This document shows, piece by piece, positions 1-12,200 of a stretch of DNA of 51,990 nt; positions within the stretch are counted from its first letter, which is position 1, and every line of letters begins with the position of its first letter. The DNA comes from Klebsormidium nitens. Lineage: Eukaryota > Plantae > Klebsormidiophyceae. The position numbers were made by a program, and so were the translations under genes. Under the pieces are notes generated by a model that saw only the letters and a list, made by a program, of their open reading frames with translations, had not been told where the DNA came from and searched no databases. The stretch spans positions 1 through 51,990 of the forward strand of contig DF237098.1 in assembly GCA_000708835.1 (NCBI GenBank). Direction: 5' to 3'.

Positions 1-740
1 ATCAATAAAATTGATTGAATATATACACATGCATGATCATTGACAATTCAGGCATTGAACGAGCGCGGCCTGTTGGATATTTGCATGCCTATAGTAGCTG
101 GCCACACGTGGTGCCGCACACGAACAGCGCCACGTATGGTATGACGGTCATGCAGATTGCCATATGCCGCACACGGGACATGCATGCGAGCAATCGAAGT
201 TGCCATGAGACGGTTGCCGCCTGGCGCGTTCCGTGCCAGTTATAGACGGTCGTGTGTGAGAAATCGTTGACACCCATCGGGGAACTTATGTATCGCACAG
301 GCCATCCGGTCCGATGATATAAAAGGATGAGAACTTGAAAGACTGATCTACACCATGCATACATGGTACAGTCGGACGTCTATTACACCACAAATGTATT
401 GAGGTCCCAACTTAGCTAGCCTGATCGAGCGGGTCAAGGTCAAGGGGCCCGGGGGTCGTCAGTCGACCATGTCGGACGGTCCCCTGTCCTTTACAGCAAG
501 TTCGAAATGCCACTGCCGGGGCACAAACATCTTGCAATGATACCATGCATATCAGACTGCAAAAGCATGGATTTGTTATAGCATCCACATCGTTGAGCAG
601 ATTGTTTGAATGCTTAGAAACGACCTCCTAGGCTCGAAGCAGTCACTGAATGGTCTCCAGCCCTTAATGAAAGGTCCACAACAGACCGCATGTGCAGAGT
701 ACCCGAAGTGCAACAGGACCGTCCACTACTTGGATCCTGC

Positions 741-1703
741 CTACATTTCCAGCGTCAAAACTCTGAGCCTTAGAAATTGTTGATACAACTTTGCCGCGTC
801 AATCCTGAAACTTGGGTTTGACGAGTCCTCATCCACCTCAAAAATTCGCACCGTGTCCTTCGCCTTGGACCTACTACTTTCCACAGCCCAGACCGAAAGT
901 TGTTCGACTTGAGGACTCAGCCATAGCCATAAATTGCTCCAGATTTGACGAATCTATTGCCAATGCCTTGAGACAGGGGAAGGCATCACCCGCTGGTACA
1001 TCATCACAGACGCGCACATCCAGGGTGAGCAAAGCTGGACACTTCAGGAACACACTGTTTCTGACGCTCCATTCAAGATGCAAGAGTGACCTTGACACTA
1101 CTTTGTAGGATGCTTCGTGCTTGCCTATGCCAATTGTTTGGAACTTCAGGGTCTGTAGGTGATTTAAGCTGCTGATGTTGTCAAGGATGCCAGGATCTAC
1201 GTTTGTGACTTTGTCCAGTGCAAGCATCGTCAGGTTTTGGAAGCTGTTTGGTACTGTGAAGCCTCGAAGCTCTACGTTGCACACATCAATGGACCGCAGA
1301 TTGCGGTAGTTGTTAAGCATCAGGCCAAAGCGGGTCATGCGCAGCGGCCTATCTAGCAGGTTCCGCAGGTGGAGTTCCTCTAGGGTTTCCCAGGCGGCCG
1401 GAATTGCAGCACCACATATTGCTCGTGCGTCAAGCTCGGGACATTTACACCAATCGTTGCACCCCAGTGCACAAGTAAACTCGTATTTCAAACTTTTGCA
1501 TACCAATCTGTGCCTGGCAATGGCTCTATGTCCTCCTCGTTTTCAAACTTCCACTCCAGAGCCCCGGCTTCCGCCACCAGATTATAAAACCTCTTGCACA
1601 CGGTGAGAAGGCGCGTCCGCGTCTTCGGCTCCCCCAGAAGCTTGAAGATCTTGATGACCACAGAATCATCCAGACTGGAGAAGGCGTCTGGAGCTGGCGC
1701 CAT
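741..1703 (-). pseudogene. F-box/LRR (RNI-like) protein pseudogene, intronless, at least 2 frameshifts
   Basis: N-terminal F-box motif FSSLDDSVVIKIFKLLGEPKTRTRLLTVCKRFYNLV (ORF 1488-1703). LRR-like segments follow in another frame (ETLEELHLRNL, NLRSIDVCN, NLTMLALDKV, HLQTLKFQT, CPALLTLDV, FPCLKALAI; ORF 874-1506). A third frame continues PWLSPQVEQLSVW...KLYQQFLRLRVLTLEM* to 741. I found no phase-compatible GT-AG intron that repairs the first shift. Confidence 0.72.
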
Positions 1704-3289
1704 TGGTACTGCGCACGTAGGGTAGCCGCCCAGCTTCTCTTCGGAGTTCTAATTGTCTGATTAGAAAAGATTCTATAGAGACACCCTTCGGGCTGTAAAA
1801 TCTGAGATTAATAGTTGTTTTTGGATTTGGGTCGTCGGATCTTGATGACGTCAGGTTGTAGCTATCTCTGATCGTTGATTTGTCTGTTCTTGTCGATTTT
1901 CTTACCGATTTACAAGTGGGGTTCTGGGTACATACATACCGGATGGATGTGAGGGTGTACACGAGGACCCAGACCGCAAGTCCTGCAAATCAGCGCATGA
2001 ATATAGAAGTCTATTTTGAAGTACCCGCAACTGTCTCAATTAGGGTGTCGGCACGGCGGGGCAAAGTGTGAAGATCGAGGACAAATCATCGATTGGAAAG
2101 TCCCCGATCTTTTTGGTGCTAATGATTGGCACAATCTGTACACCCCTCATGTGTACACCCTGTACTTTTTACCTTCCGAGCCTGAGGTTGTCAATGAAAC
2201 CTCTACCGAAATGCTCGCACGCGCAACGCATGATCCAGGTTTCACGATTTTTTCACGGTCCCTAGTTCTCATACATGGAGTTGAACCGCTGAACGCATTT
2301 GTAAATTGTAGGGGCAGCGCGCCAAAACAATGTCAAGACCGCAGTCATTGTTTTAGCAGACTCAGAATGACATGTTCATGTGTACCCCACCCACTAAACA
2401 ACCAGCACGCATTATGAACCGTTAAAAGCCTCTTAATACATCCATCCACGGCCAGGATGCTTTCGCGGTCCAGCATTCAAATTTGGGTACCATTGTAAAT
2501 GGCGTGAGATTCGGAGTTCGACATGCACTGGCAGGAGTCGGTTTTGAGCGAGTACCGTGGATTCGTCCGCAGTCTAGTTCTGGTCGACCTCAGGAGCGGC
2601 CCGTTGTCAACCGTCCATTTGAAAGATACTGCTCCTTATCGACGGGACACAATGGATCACTCTGAGCTCACGTTTTGCCGGCTTTCACGGGACACCGTCG
2701 GTCTGAAGTCATCTTGCCGTTGTTCAAGAAACTCGCAGGGAGCTTTTACCGTGGAAAGCCCCCGGAGAAAAATAGAGAAATGGGTTTAAGGTCTGTCCGA
2801 GATCGTTAATTCTTTTCCCTCTTTGGATGGCACAGTTGACCATAGGTTTGTAAGCGCGGGAAAGATAACTCTGGTTGAAAGTAGTTCCTTTTGGAGGGTA
2901 CTTTCGACGCGAGGGTTTCGATGACCCTCATTCAAACATCCCCTCTGGGACTGCCCCTGCTCCAGAGTCAGATCCAGATCTCTGACTGCACAAGAAAACT
3001 CTAGCTGGAGTCTGCACAACGTGCAACGGCCAGATTCAAGGAGGAACGTTGTCAGCACAAACTTCAGAAACTTCAGGTTCCTGTCTGGCAATGCCGCCTC
3101 TTTAGCTTGCCAAGTCGAAGATCCAAAGTTTCAGAGCGTGCTTTCGCTCTACCACCACTCACAGCATTGCACAGATTCTGCTCCAAGAGGCGCCATCTGA
3201 ATCCTGAAGAGCTGAGCGAGAACGGTCACAGACACTCTCGTACGCCAAGCAAGGGTTTACATTTGCCGCTACTCTGGGAAGCGGACAAG

Positions 3290-6200
3290 ATGAGGGGTCT
3301 CAGAGGAGCTCTGCTCCTCAGCCTTGTATGCAGCATTGCGCTTTCAGGTGGGTCCACGAAAGAGCTTGAAGCAGCCTTATCTGCTTAGATCTTGCTGCCT
3401 TATTTTGGATTTATGTTTCGAAGGCGCTTGAAATTTCCAGGCAGAGGCGACGAAGAAACAACCTCGTGACAATTATAGCTTTTGGCTTGTTCCTGTAGTC
3501 CTTATGACAGAGTATGCGAGCAAGTGTTGTCATCATAGTGGTCTTTCTTGCGTGGCGCCGCTTTGAAATAGTCAATCAGACGTCAAACCAAATTATGTTT
3601 CTCCCAGAGTACTCACTGAGAAAGCTGTTGTGTTACTGTGGTTGTCTGCCTTTCAGAGGTGTTTTACAACTTCCATTCAATTTTCCCACCTTGCGTTTGC
3701 TAGAATAGCTAGCTTTCTACCACCGTGCATAGTTAAAAGCTGGTTGTCGCTGGAGACGGATACCCCATTTCTCTTTGAGTGGTATCAGGTCGCAATCTTG
3801 TGAAATCACAGGTCACTTTCCCTTCTTTAGTGCGATAGCGACATGTTGCTACAAGAAAGGCACAGACTCTAGGTTCCATCTCCTATTGGAAGCAGCTGTT
3901 TTGAAAACTGCCACCACTATCAGTGTTCCTGCAGCCCCTCTTCATTCATCCCTCTCACGCCAAAAGTCTACACGTACTTATGGCGCTTTCAGAGTATGAG
4001 AGGCTTCTTTGTGCTATGTTCTCAAAATTAATGTTCGTTTTGTCAAACACCGTTTGTTGTCTACTCTACTACGCTTTCGCTTACTGTTATGTGCTTGGGT
4101 TGAATCATATCTGAGCTGAGCAAAGGTGGTCCCTTTAGGTTTTATTGCTTGTTGCTCTTGTGCTTTCAAAGTCAAGCTCTGGACAGGTGTCAATTTGGGA
4201 TGCAGCAGATCTTAGCGCCTCCTTCGACTTTGAACAACTCTTTTCATGTCACTTAGACAAATGTACATGCGATTGTGATCATGCTCTGCAACCGCCATGT
4301 TGCAGGATAGAACTTGATCGAGCAAGGGCTTTTGAAAGTGACAGGGCTCTGCAGGGCGCTAGGGCAGTCATAAGCGTTTCTTATAAGCAATGATGCACAC
4401 TTTAGCGGTGTAAACATTGAAGTAGGGTCACTATTCTCTTGCTCTCGATATCCTCACTAAAATAAGTATCTTTGACAATTTACTGGGGCGCTCCCTTTCG
4501 AATGCAAGGTGATACTATCACTCAACTTGGTGGTTGCCGACTCACTTTTGGTGCCAACACAAACGATATCAGATGGTGGTAGTCCCTCACACAAGGAAGA
4601 AGAACAATGTTTTTGAGGGATCTACTGAAGCTTCACTCATCTGGCTGAGCAATCTAGGGTTTCTTGCTTTGGGCTTGCTTTCACTGGAGAGGAGCATGAC
4701 TTTCTTGGCGCGATTTGCCCAAGTCAGTAGCGAGTGATCCCTCGTTCTGAAGTGCTCTTTGGAGCCTCAAGTATGAGTATGCTGACCCCAATCTTGGTGA
4801 CCTCATTACTGTTATTTGTGTACCTGAATGTCCTTCCATCTTTATCTCCTCCTCCATGCTCTGAAGCTCTGTTTTACCGTTAGTCTGCTCTTCCAAGACT
4901 CCTGAAACTTCGTCCCCTGTACACAAGCTTTGCACACATGAACCTGTTCCGGGTGCCTTTTGAACGTCTGTGTTTGTTCCTTTCTCCCATCCTCCTTTGC
5001 CCTTTTGATGGAGTGAAGTGGCTCCTCCCTTGAACTCCTAGATATCGTCTGCTGTGACGCGTTTGACGCCTTGTCTGTTGCTCACTTACTCAATACCACT
5101 CAATGGGCTTGAGACTCCTTGATCCCTTCTCCCCGCCAGTCTGCTGATTTCTCGTCTTCTGATTTGATCATGCACACCGCATCATTGCACTAGATGGATC
5201 ATTGAATCTTGTCAGACCAGAGGCTCCTACCAAATTCGTGGCCCTCTATCCTTTCTTTGGGTTGTCAGTATACAGCCCTTCTCTGACTTGGAGTTGATGT
5301 GTCAAGTAGACACCCGCCTGCTTCCTACGCTCCTGCTTTCTTGGTGGTTTTGTTGGACTTCCTTTCGCCTAGTCAGCGCACACCGCTTAGTTCCATACAA
5401 GTTCCATCTTCCGCCAGAGATCAATTTCACTTCCTGCCAGTCTACTCAACCTCTCGTTGCAGTGTGTGCAGTCCTGCCAGCCTCGTTTTTGGAAGTGCAG
5501 TCAAAGCACGAAGCTTGATTCTATACGCGTAATATCTCTGTTCTACTACTCCTCTTCCTGCCAGTCTGTTAACTTCTCGTGTCTCAATGTGCAGTCAGTG
5601 GACAGAGCGCCCAAGCGCCCGTTTCGAGCACTACTTTCACTGCGCAAGCTCCGACAACCAGTGCTCAGGGCCCGTCCTCCCCTGGTCCTAACACGCTGAA
5701 CGTGCCTCCAGCATCCCAGATCGTGAGTACACTTTCTCAACTCACTGGACCTACTGTTAAAAGAAAAGCAAGTTCTGCCTTCCTACGAGTTGAAGAAAGT
5801 ATGATCGACATTTGTCAACCCTTCGCCAGCTTTGCCTCCGCATGGGTCGAGAGTAATGTAATCTGTACCCTTGATTTGGCTCCTGAACCAACTTCTTCCT
5901 ACTCCGATGTGCGGTCCTTTGATTCACGCCTTTTGAGAGTCTCGCAAATGAACTTTGTCACCAACCCAAATTGTCTAACTACTTTCTAGAATCTACTATC
6001 CACCAACCAGCTTTTGCAATGCTCACCTTTCTGACCGAGACCCTTGTGACAAAGGTCTGGTAGACAGCCTGCAGCCGTTTGCCGGTGTCTCACTCAAGGA
6101 CAACTTGCTACTATCAAGGCGATTCCCAAACCGACCTCTGACCCGGATACCAACCCGGTTTTGCAGTGCCCTGACTCTCTTGTTGAGACCCTGGCCGGAC

Positions 6201-9200
6201 AGAATCTGGTCGAAAGCCCCCAACCCTTTGCCGGCGTTCCCTCTTCATGGGGCCAAACGGTTTCGGCCAGTTCTCTTGCTGTCTCGTCCGACAGGACCTA
6301 TATTGCCGTCACGAACCGTGCGGGACCCGGTTCAGGCGCCGCCCTCACAGTGAACAACATGCAAGTCGGTTCGTTCTACAAGGTGAGCGGGTTGCTTGAG
6401 GTGTTTTGTGATGCAGTTTTGAACGAGGTCAAACTTTTGATCAACCAGATCGATCAAACGGGAAGTGCGCCACTGGGACACGACTCCGTGCGCCTCCTTG
6501 TCAATACTCCCATTGCAGTCAATGTATCTGAACAACTTGCAGTACCTTACGTGTTTGTCTGGAGCAGGCGAAAATGTTTTTGCATTGTCAAGTGCTCAGA
6601 GACGTAGCGATGCTGCTCTTCCAGTTGAAAATGGTTGGGTCTATGCTGGTGGGGTCGAGATACGTTCGTTGACGGGTGGTCATATGTGAAGGCGTGGCTA
6701 ATTGCTTATCGTGCAGGTGGGCGCCTATGTCAAAATCAGCGGGTCGACCAACGAGAAGCTGCGCATGACCTTCAATTTCAACGGCAACGATTACAAGGTA
6801 AGGACGGCCACTAGGAGGTCCCACGTGCACCTCATCGGCGGCTGACTGCAGTATGCAGGGAAGCTCTTTCCAAAATGCAATTGCCAAAACGCGCACTGTG
6901 AACCATTTTTTGAAATGCCAGGAGAACCGATTTCGTACTGTTTGGGCCCGTTCCCAAGGATTGTAACATTGTGGCGGGGTATTCCGACTGCTGCAAACGC
7001 CATCGTGAGATCCCTCGCAGTATCTTCTTTTCCGAGTCGGCAAGATCTTTTATCTGGAACTTCTCTAATTTGGAGCTTTATTGTGGACGTTGGAACCTGG
7101 TAAAGTGAACGTTGACGCAGTCTGTTTCCTTCTTTGCAGTGCGCGGCAATCGTTTCCGTTGCATACTCCGACCGCTACACACTGGTTCTGGGCGCCATTA
7201 TCGGCCCCGCCAGAGATCTCAAACGAAATCTTAGGGAATTTGGTGATCCCTCCTGCGGGCCAAAAAGCTGAACTTGAAGTTTTCCCAACCTTCTTGCAGT
7301 GCGCCGCGATCGTTTCCGTCGCATACTCGGACTGCTACACCCTGGTTCTGGGTGCCATTACCGGCCCCGCCTCCGCTGCGCCGCTGAACAGCGTAAAGCT
7401 CTTTATCACCGGAAACGAGGGCAGCGACGTCCAGCAAGCGCCCTTCGAGATCGACATCTACAGCGTGGCGGTTGTCGGGGTGAACCGGGCCACGTGGCTG
7501 GCTGACGTTCAGCAGAGGACGGACTTGGTAAGTCTCTTTCAGAAATTCTGACTTCGAGGCCTGAATCTGCGCATGATGCTTGTAAGAGGTGGAGTCCGGG
7601 ATTCGAACACCTGTCTGGGGTGTTCAGTCATGAGTTCGTTAATTACGTCACCGGGAGGGACGCTTACAGTGTGGTGTTTGACGTTTGTGCAAAGCTGACT
7701 ACGGAGGTCTTTGCGTTCGGTTACGTGGCGCCAGGAGACGAGTTGGTGCTTGTCAAGACTCTTGAGATTCGTTTGCTACAAGCTTATAAGGGATGCCATA
7801 GGATGTGGCGCTGATGATTTTGAGCCACGCATGTTGCTAATCGGCACCAGAGCGTTTACATCCTCTCTGACCATTTTTGCCCCCAGATTTTTTCGATCTG
7901 AACTCGAAGGAAAAAAGCGTCCTCTCGTCCGCAGCCTTCTATCTTGCTTTCAAGGTCCAATTCACTCTTTGCTGACGTCATACCCTCTTGCAGGTCCGCA
8001 AGCGTGACGTCATCGTTACGGTGAAGGATGCTTTCGGCAACCCCGTCCCCAACGCGACGATCTCCATCAACCAGCTGAACCAGACGTTCCCCTTCGGTTC
8101 CGATCTGCATAACGACGCGTACAACGACACCGCCTACCGCAACTGGTTTGCCAGCAAGTGGGGCAATGGTTACTCGTGGACTGCCTACAACAGCGCTCTC
8201 AAGTGGTAAGTGGTCATAAATGCTTGACCTCACTTGTCTTCTTTAGAGCCCTGACATTTCGATGTTTCCTGATCTGCAGTGCTGACACGTGGTCTGCTGC
8301 ATTTGTATACCCAGCTTTGTGAGCACTCATGAGCGGCTGGGATTTACGTTCATTGGGTTTCAAATCATTTTTATCCTAGGTGTTACGTCTTCCATTCCAG
8401 CCGCGATGCAGTCCATTGAACTCAAGACGACACACAACCGATTAGTCGACCATGTGTAAGCAAAGTTGCTGTTTACAATCGGTGGAACACGTCGATGCCC
8501 GTTTGGGGCCTTACAGTAGGCTGTGGCTTATTGTCGACAAAAAGTAGATAAGTATTTCGAGTTTTGACCTCTTTTTCCAGGTTCGCTATGCAGGTTCGTG
8601 TCTGCGCGTCATACAGTCCGCCAATGATCGTTCTTCCGTCGAGATCAACCACTTTATTAACCCAGACTTTGACTTCTTTTCCAGTTACGCCATGCAGCCC
8701 GACGAGCTCGATGTGACCACGGTCCAGGTGATCAACCTACAGAACTCGTTGACTTAAGAAGATTCCATTAAGCGTCGACCATACCTCACAAATGCTGGAA
8801 TATCATGCAGTTTCTCAACCCCGATTTTAACCGTCTTGACTCAGGTACGCTATGCAGCCCGACGAGCTTAACGTGACCACGGTCCAGGTGATCAACCAAC
8901 AGAATTGGCTGAACAACAACTCGATCAGCGTCCGTGGTCATACCATCTTCTGGGATGACGTCGGCACGACTCAAGACTGGGTGAAGCTGATTGCGGATAC
9001 GGACCCCGTGCGCCTCTTCGGCTACATGCAGCTGCGGATCAATGACGTTGTCGGGCTGTTCAAGGTGGGATGTATTTCCTGTTTTAGGTTGAATGGTGTG
9101 GTTTGTAAGTCCAGTGAGTGCTTAATGCGTTGTTTAGTGTCGGTTCTGAAGACTGGGTGAAGCTAATTGCGGATACGGACCCCGTGCGCCTCTTTGGCTA

Positions 9201-12200
9201 CATGCAACTGCGCATCAATGACGTAGTTGGGCTGTTCAAGGTGAGGATTACGTGCTGTTTTTGGTGTGGCTGGTCGGTGCTTAGCTGTTTTCCTTTGCGA
9301 GGGTGTACGGGCGATCATTTGTCAAGGGATCGGGCTTGCTGTGATCTCTTCGGTGCTGCTTGATGCCAATCTGCACTCTTGAAAAACGGAACTGCATCCG
9401 CCTTTTTCCTGGAGTTTGGGGCATTGGATGCACGAGCTGCGTTACGACCCCGCTTCTCTTGCACAACGCCATTGGCCGTGGGGACGCCTCCAACGAGCTT
9501 TTGCAGAAGAACCACTTTTGGAGCAGGCTGGGCTCCGACGTAAAAGCTCGAGAAGTTCAAGAGTCACCGAGTTCTGCTGTGAACCCATTCTTGTTTTATT
9601 TTGCAGAACGCCATCCGCCAGTGGGACCCCTCCAACGAGCTCATGCACAAAAACTACTACGCACAAAAGCAAGCTGGGCTTCACCGTAAAAGGTCCGTAA
9701 GCTCAAATATCGCACAGAACGGCTGTTATCTCATCAGTACTTCCCCAGACCCTAAGAGTTAAACACACCAAAACCTGTTTCTGCAGAACGCTATTCGCCA
9801 GTGGGACCCCTCCAACGAGCTGATGCACAAGAACTACTTCTCGAGCAAGCTGGGCTTCGACGTTAAGCCGTGGTACTTCAACCGCACCAAGACGCTCGAC
9901 CCCACGGGCGTCACCTTCTTCAGCGACTACAACATCGTCGAGGCATGCGACGACGGTATTTCCTGGCCCGAGTCGGCGATCGAGTTCGTGAAGTACCTCC
10001 GGCGAAACGTGAGCAGATTGTGGTTTGCCTCGCGAGCCTTTAAAGTCTTCGGCTTACTGCTTAGGCCCGCTTCGTAACACAACATAAGGGAGGCGTGGGA
10101 CGTTTGAACTGGACCCGGCCCGACACCCGTCACTCTTACGACCATCGAGAACCTTGACTTTCTGGTTGAAAGCCGGTGCGTTGGATCGGTCGGGGCCAAA
10201 TTACACCGTCAACCCCGTTTCTCATCCGCTTGCGTTTGGACAACGTCGGAAACTTCCGTGCTGCCCATCTGAGAATCCAGACCTACCTACAGCCCAAGCC
10301 TTGAAAGCTCATCGTCTAGATTTTTACATTTTCTCTGCCGGGCGGTCCGGATGCCTTTGCCGTCTAGTGCCTGAATACATCAGTCACGTCTTCCCTTTTT
10401 CAAAAAGCTGGACACGCTCAACGCTTCAGCATGCGCTTCACGATTTTCGAAGTCTTCCAGAAGCAGAGCGCCCGCACGCGTTTGCGCAGAAACACTCAGT
10501 TTTTTGGGTCTCCTCTGCAGGGCGGTCCAGCAAATGCCTTTGCCGTCCAGGGCCAATTCACGCCGTCAACTTCGTTTTTCATCCGCTTACGATTAATCAA
10601 GTTCGACAGTCCAGAGATTGCCCAGTTTGGATGTTCAAAATGATTCCAAGCCCAAGCAAAAAGCCCGTTGTCTAAGAAAACGTACGACTCTCAACATCTC
10701 TTGTCTACAGGGCGGTCCGGTGGATGCCTTCGCCGTCCAGGTCCAGTTCACATCGATCACGCCGTTCCTCCTCCGCTTTGGTTCGGACAAGCTCGGACAG
10801 TTCGGCATCCCCATCTGGATGTCCGATTGGTTTGCAGAGTCTCATCTTTGAAGACGTACGACTCACAAGTTCTCTCTCTTCTACAGGGCGGTCCGGTGGA
10901 TGCTTTCGCGGTCCAGGGCCAATTCACATCGATCACGCCGTTCCTCCTCCGCTTCGCTTTGGACAAGCTCGGACAGTTCGGCATCCCCATCTGGATGTCC
11001 GAAGTCAACCTCCGCCTGGCCAGCGAGCCGTACTCAGCTCAAGCGCAGCGCGACAACTTCGAGCTGATTGTGCGGGAGCTGTATGCGCACCCTGCGGTTG
11101 ATGTGAGTCGTTTGTCGCCTCCGTTTGTTCCAGTTTGGATCAGCAGCCTTTTATCTCGATGCGTCGATTTGCTTTCCTGGCTTCATTAGATCGCCCCGGG
11201 TCTTTGTGCGCAATCCACAAACACAAACTCTTCATCAGAGCGAAGTCTTTGTGTTCCCTATGGTTGATGTGAGTCGTTTGTCGACTCCGTTTGTTCCACT
11301 TTGGATCAACGATAATCCATCTTGTCGAAGCCTGAAAGGCATACTCTCCCTTGACGCAGCAAAATTGCCCCGAGCCTTTGCGCAGTTCACAGTATTGAAA
11401 TTTTTTCATCACAGCAACGTCTTTCTGTTCAAGAGGTCAAAATGGCTTCGCTTCGCTTATTGCTCAAGCCGCTTTCCGCCCAATCCTCGACGATTACGAG
11501 CTGCGCACCGTTTTCGAATTCGGGAATTTGAAAAACCTTGCAGACGCGTCATCGTATACGACACCGTGGGCGACAGTTCCAGTCCATGTTTGCACCGCTT
11601 TGGTGCTGTACCGAGAAGTGTTGCTCGTTGATTTGATCCGAATTTATTCTTGTCCGGCACTTCCCTTCTTCAGGCGGTATTGCTCTCTCAGACCTGAACC
11701 CCCATCCGAGAGTGGATGAAAGGGCCTTACAACGGGAATAACCCGCCTGTATGACATCGACTTCTTCATCGGCTCGGATTTATGATCCGATCAGATTCTT
11801 ACAAGCCATGTTCCGTTTTCAGGCGCTATTGCTCTCTCAGACCTGGACCCCCCTCCGGGAGTGGATGAACGGCACATGTGACGGGAACAAGTGCCTGTAC
11901 AACTACGACTACACGCTCCGCCCCGTTGGCACGCTGTGGGAGAACCTCTACTACAACGAGTGGATGACGACCGGAATCGTCGGCAGGACTAACGCCGCCG
12001 GGCAGTTCGCGTTCCGGGGCTTTGCCGGAAAGTACAACGCGACGGTGAGTTCTATCTTGCCGGACTTCTGTATGCTTTCCGAGACTTCTTTGCATACTTT
12101 TTCTGAATATTTTAAGAGCCTGTACTGCGACGAGTGGATGATAACTGGGATCGTCGGAGGACGAACTCTGCTGGGCAGTTTGCGTTCCGGGGCTTTGCCG

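Noticed and set aside
4850-4970. Minus-strand HVCKACVQGTK as a copia GAG-pre-integrase remnant in GH10 intron 1
   Set aside because: It is a single short motif amid stops, with no integrase, RT or LTR evidence.
6610-6689. VENGWVYAGGVEIR as an extra GH10 exon
   Set aside because: Exon 3 splices in phase to 6717, giving the expected CBM sequence YK-VGAYVKISG. This stretch has no phase-compatible acceptor/donor pair.
10155-10886. CRISPR-like array (regular period, polarised decay)
   Set aside because: The units are ~180-bp copies of a eukaryotic splice acceptor plus exon. There are no short invariant repeats with unique spacers and no cas genes.
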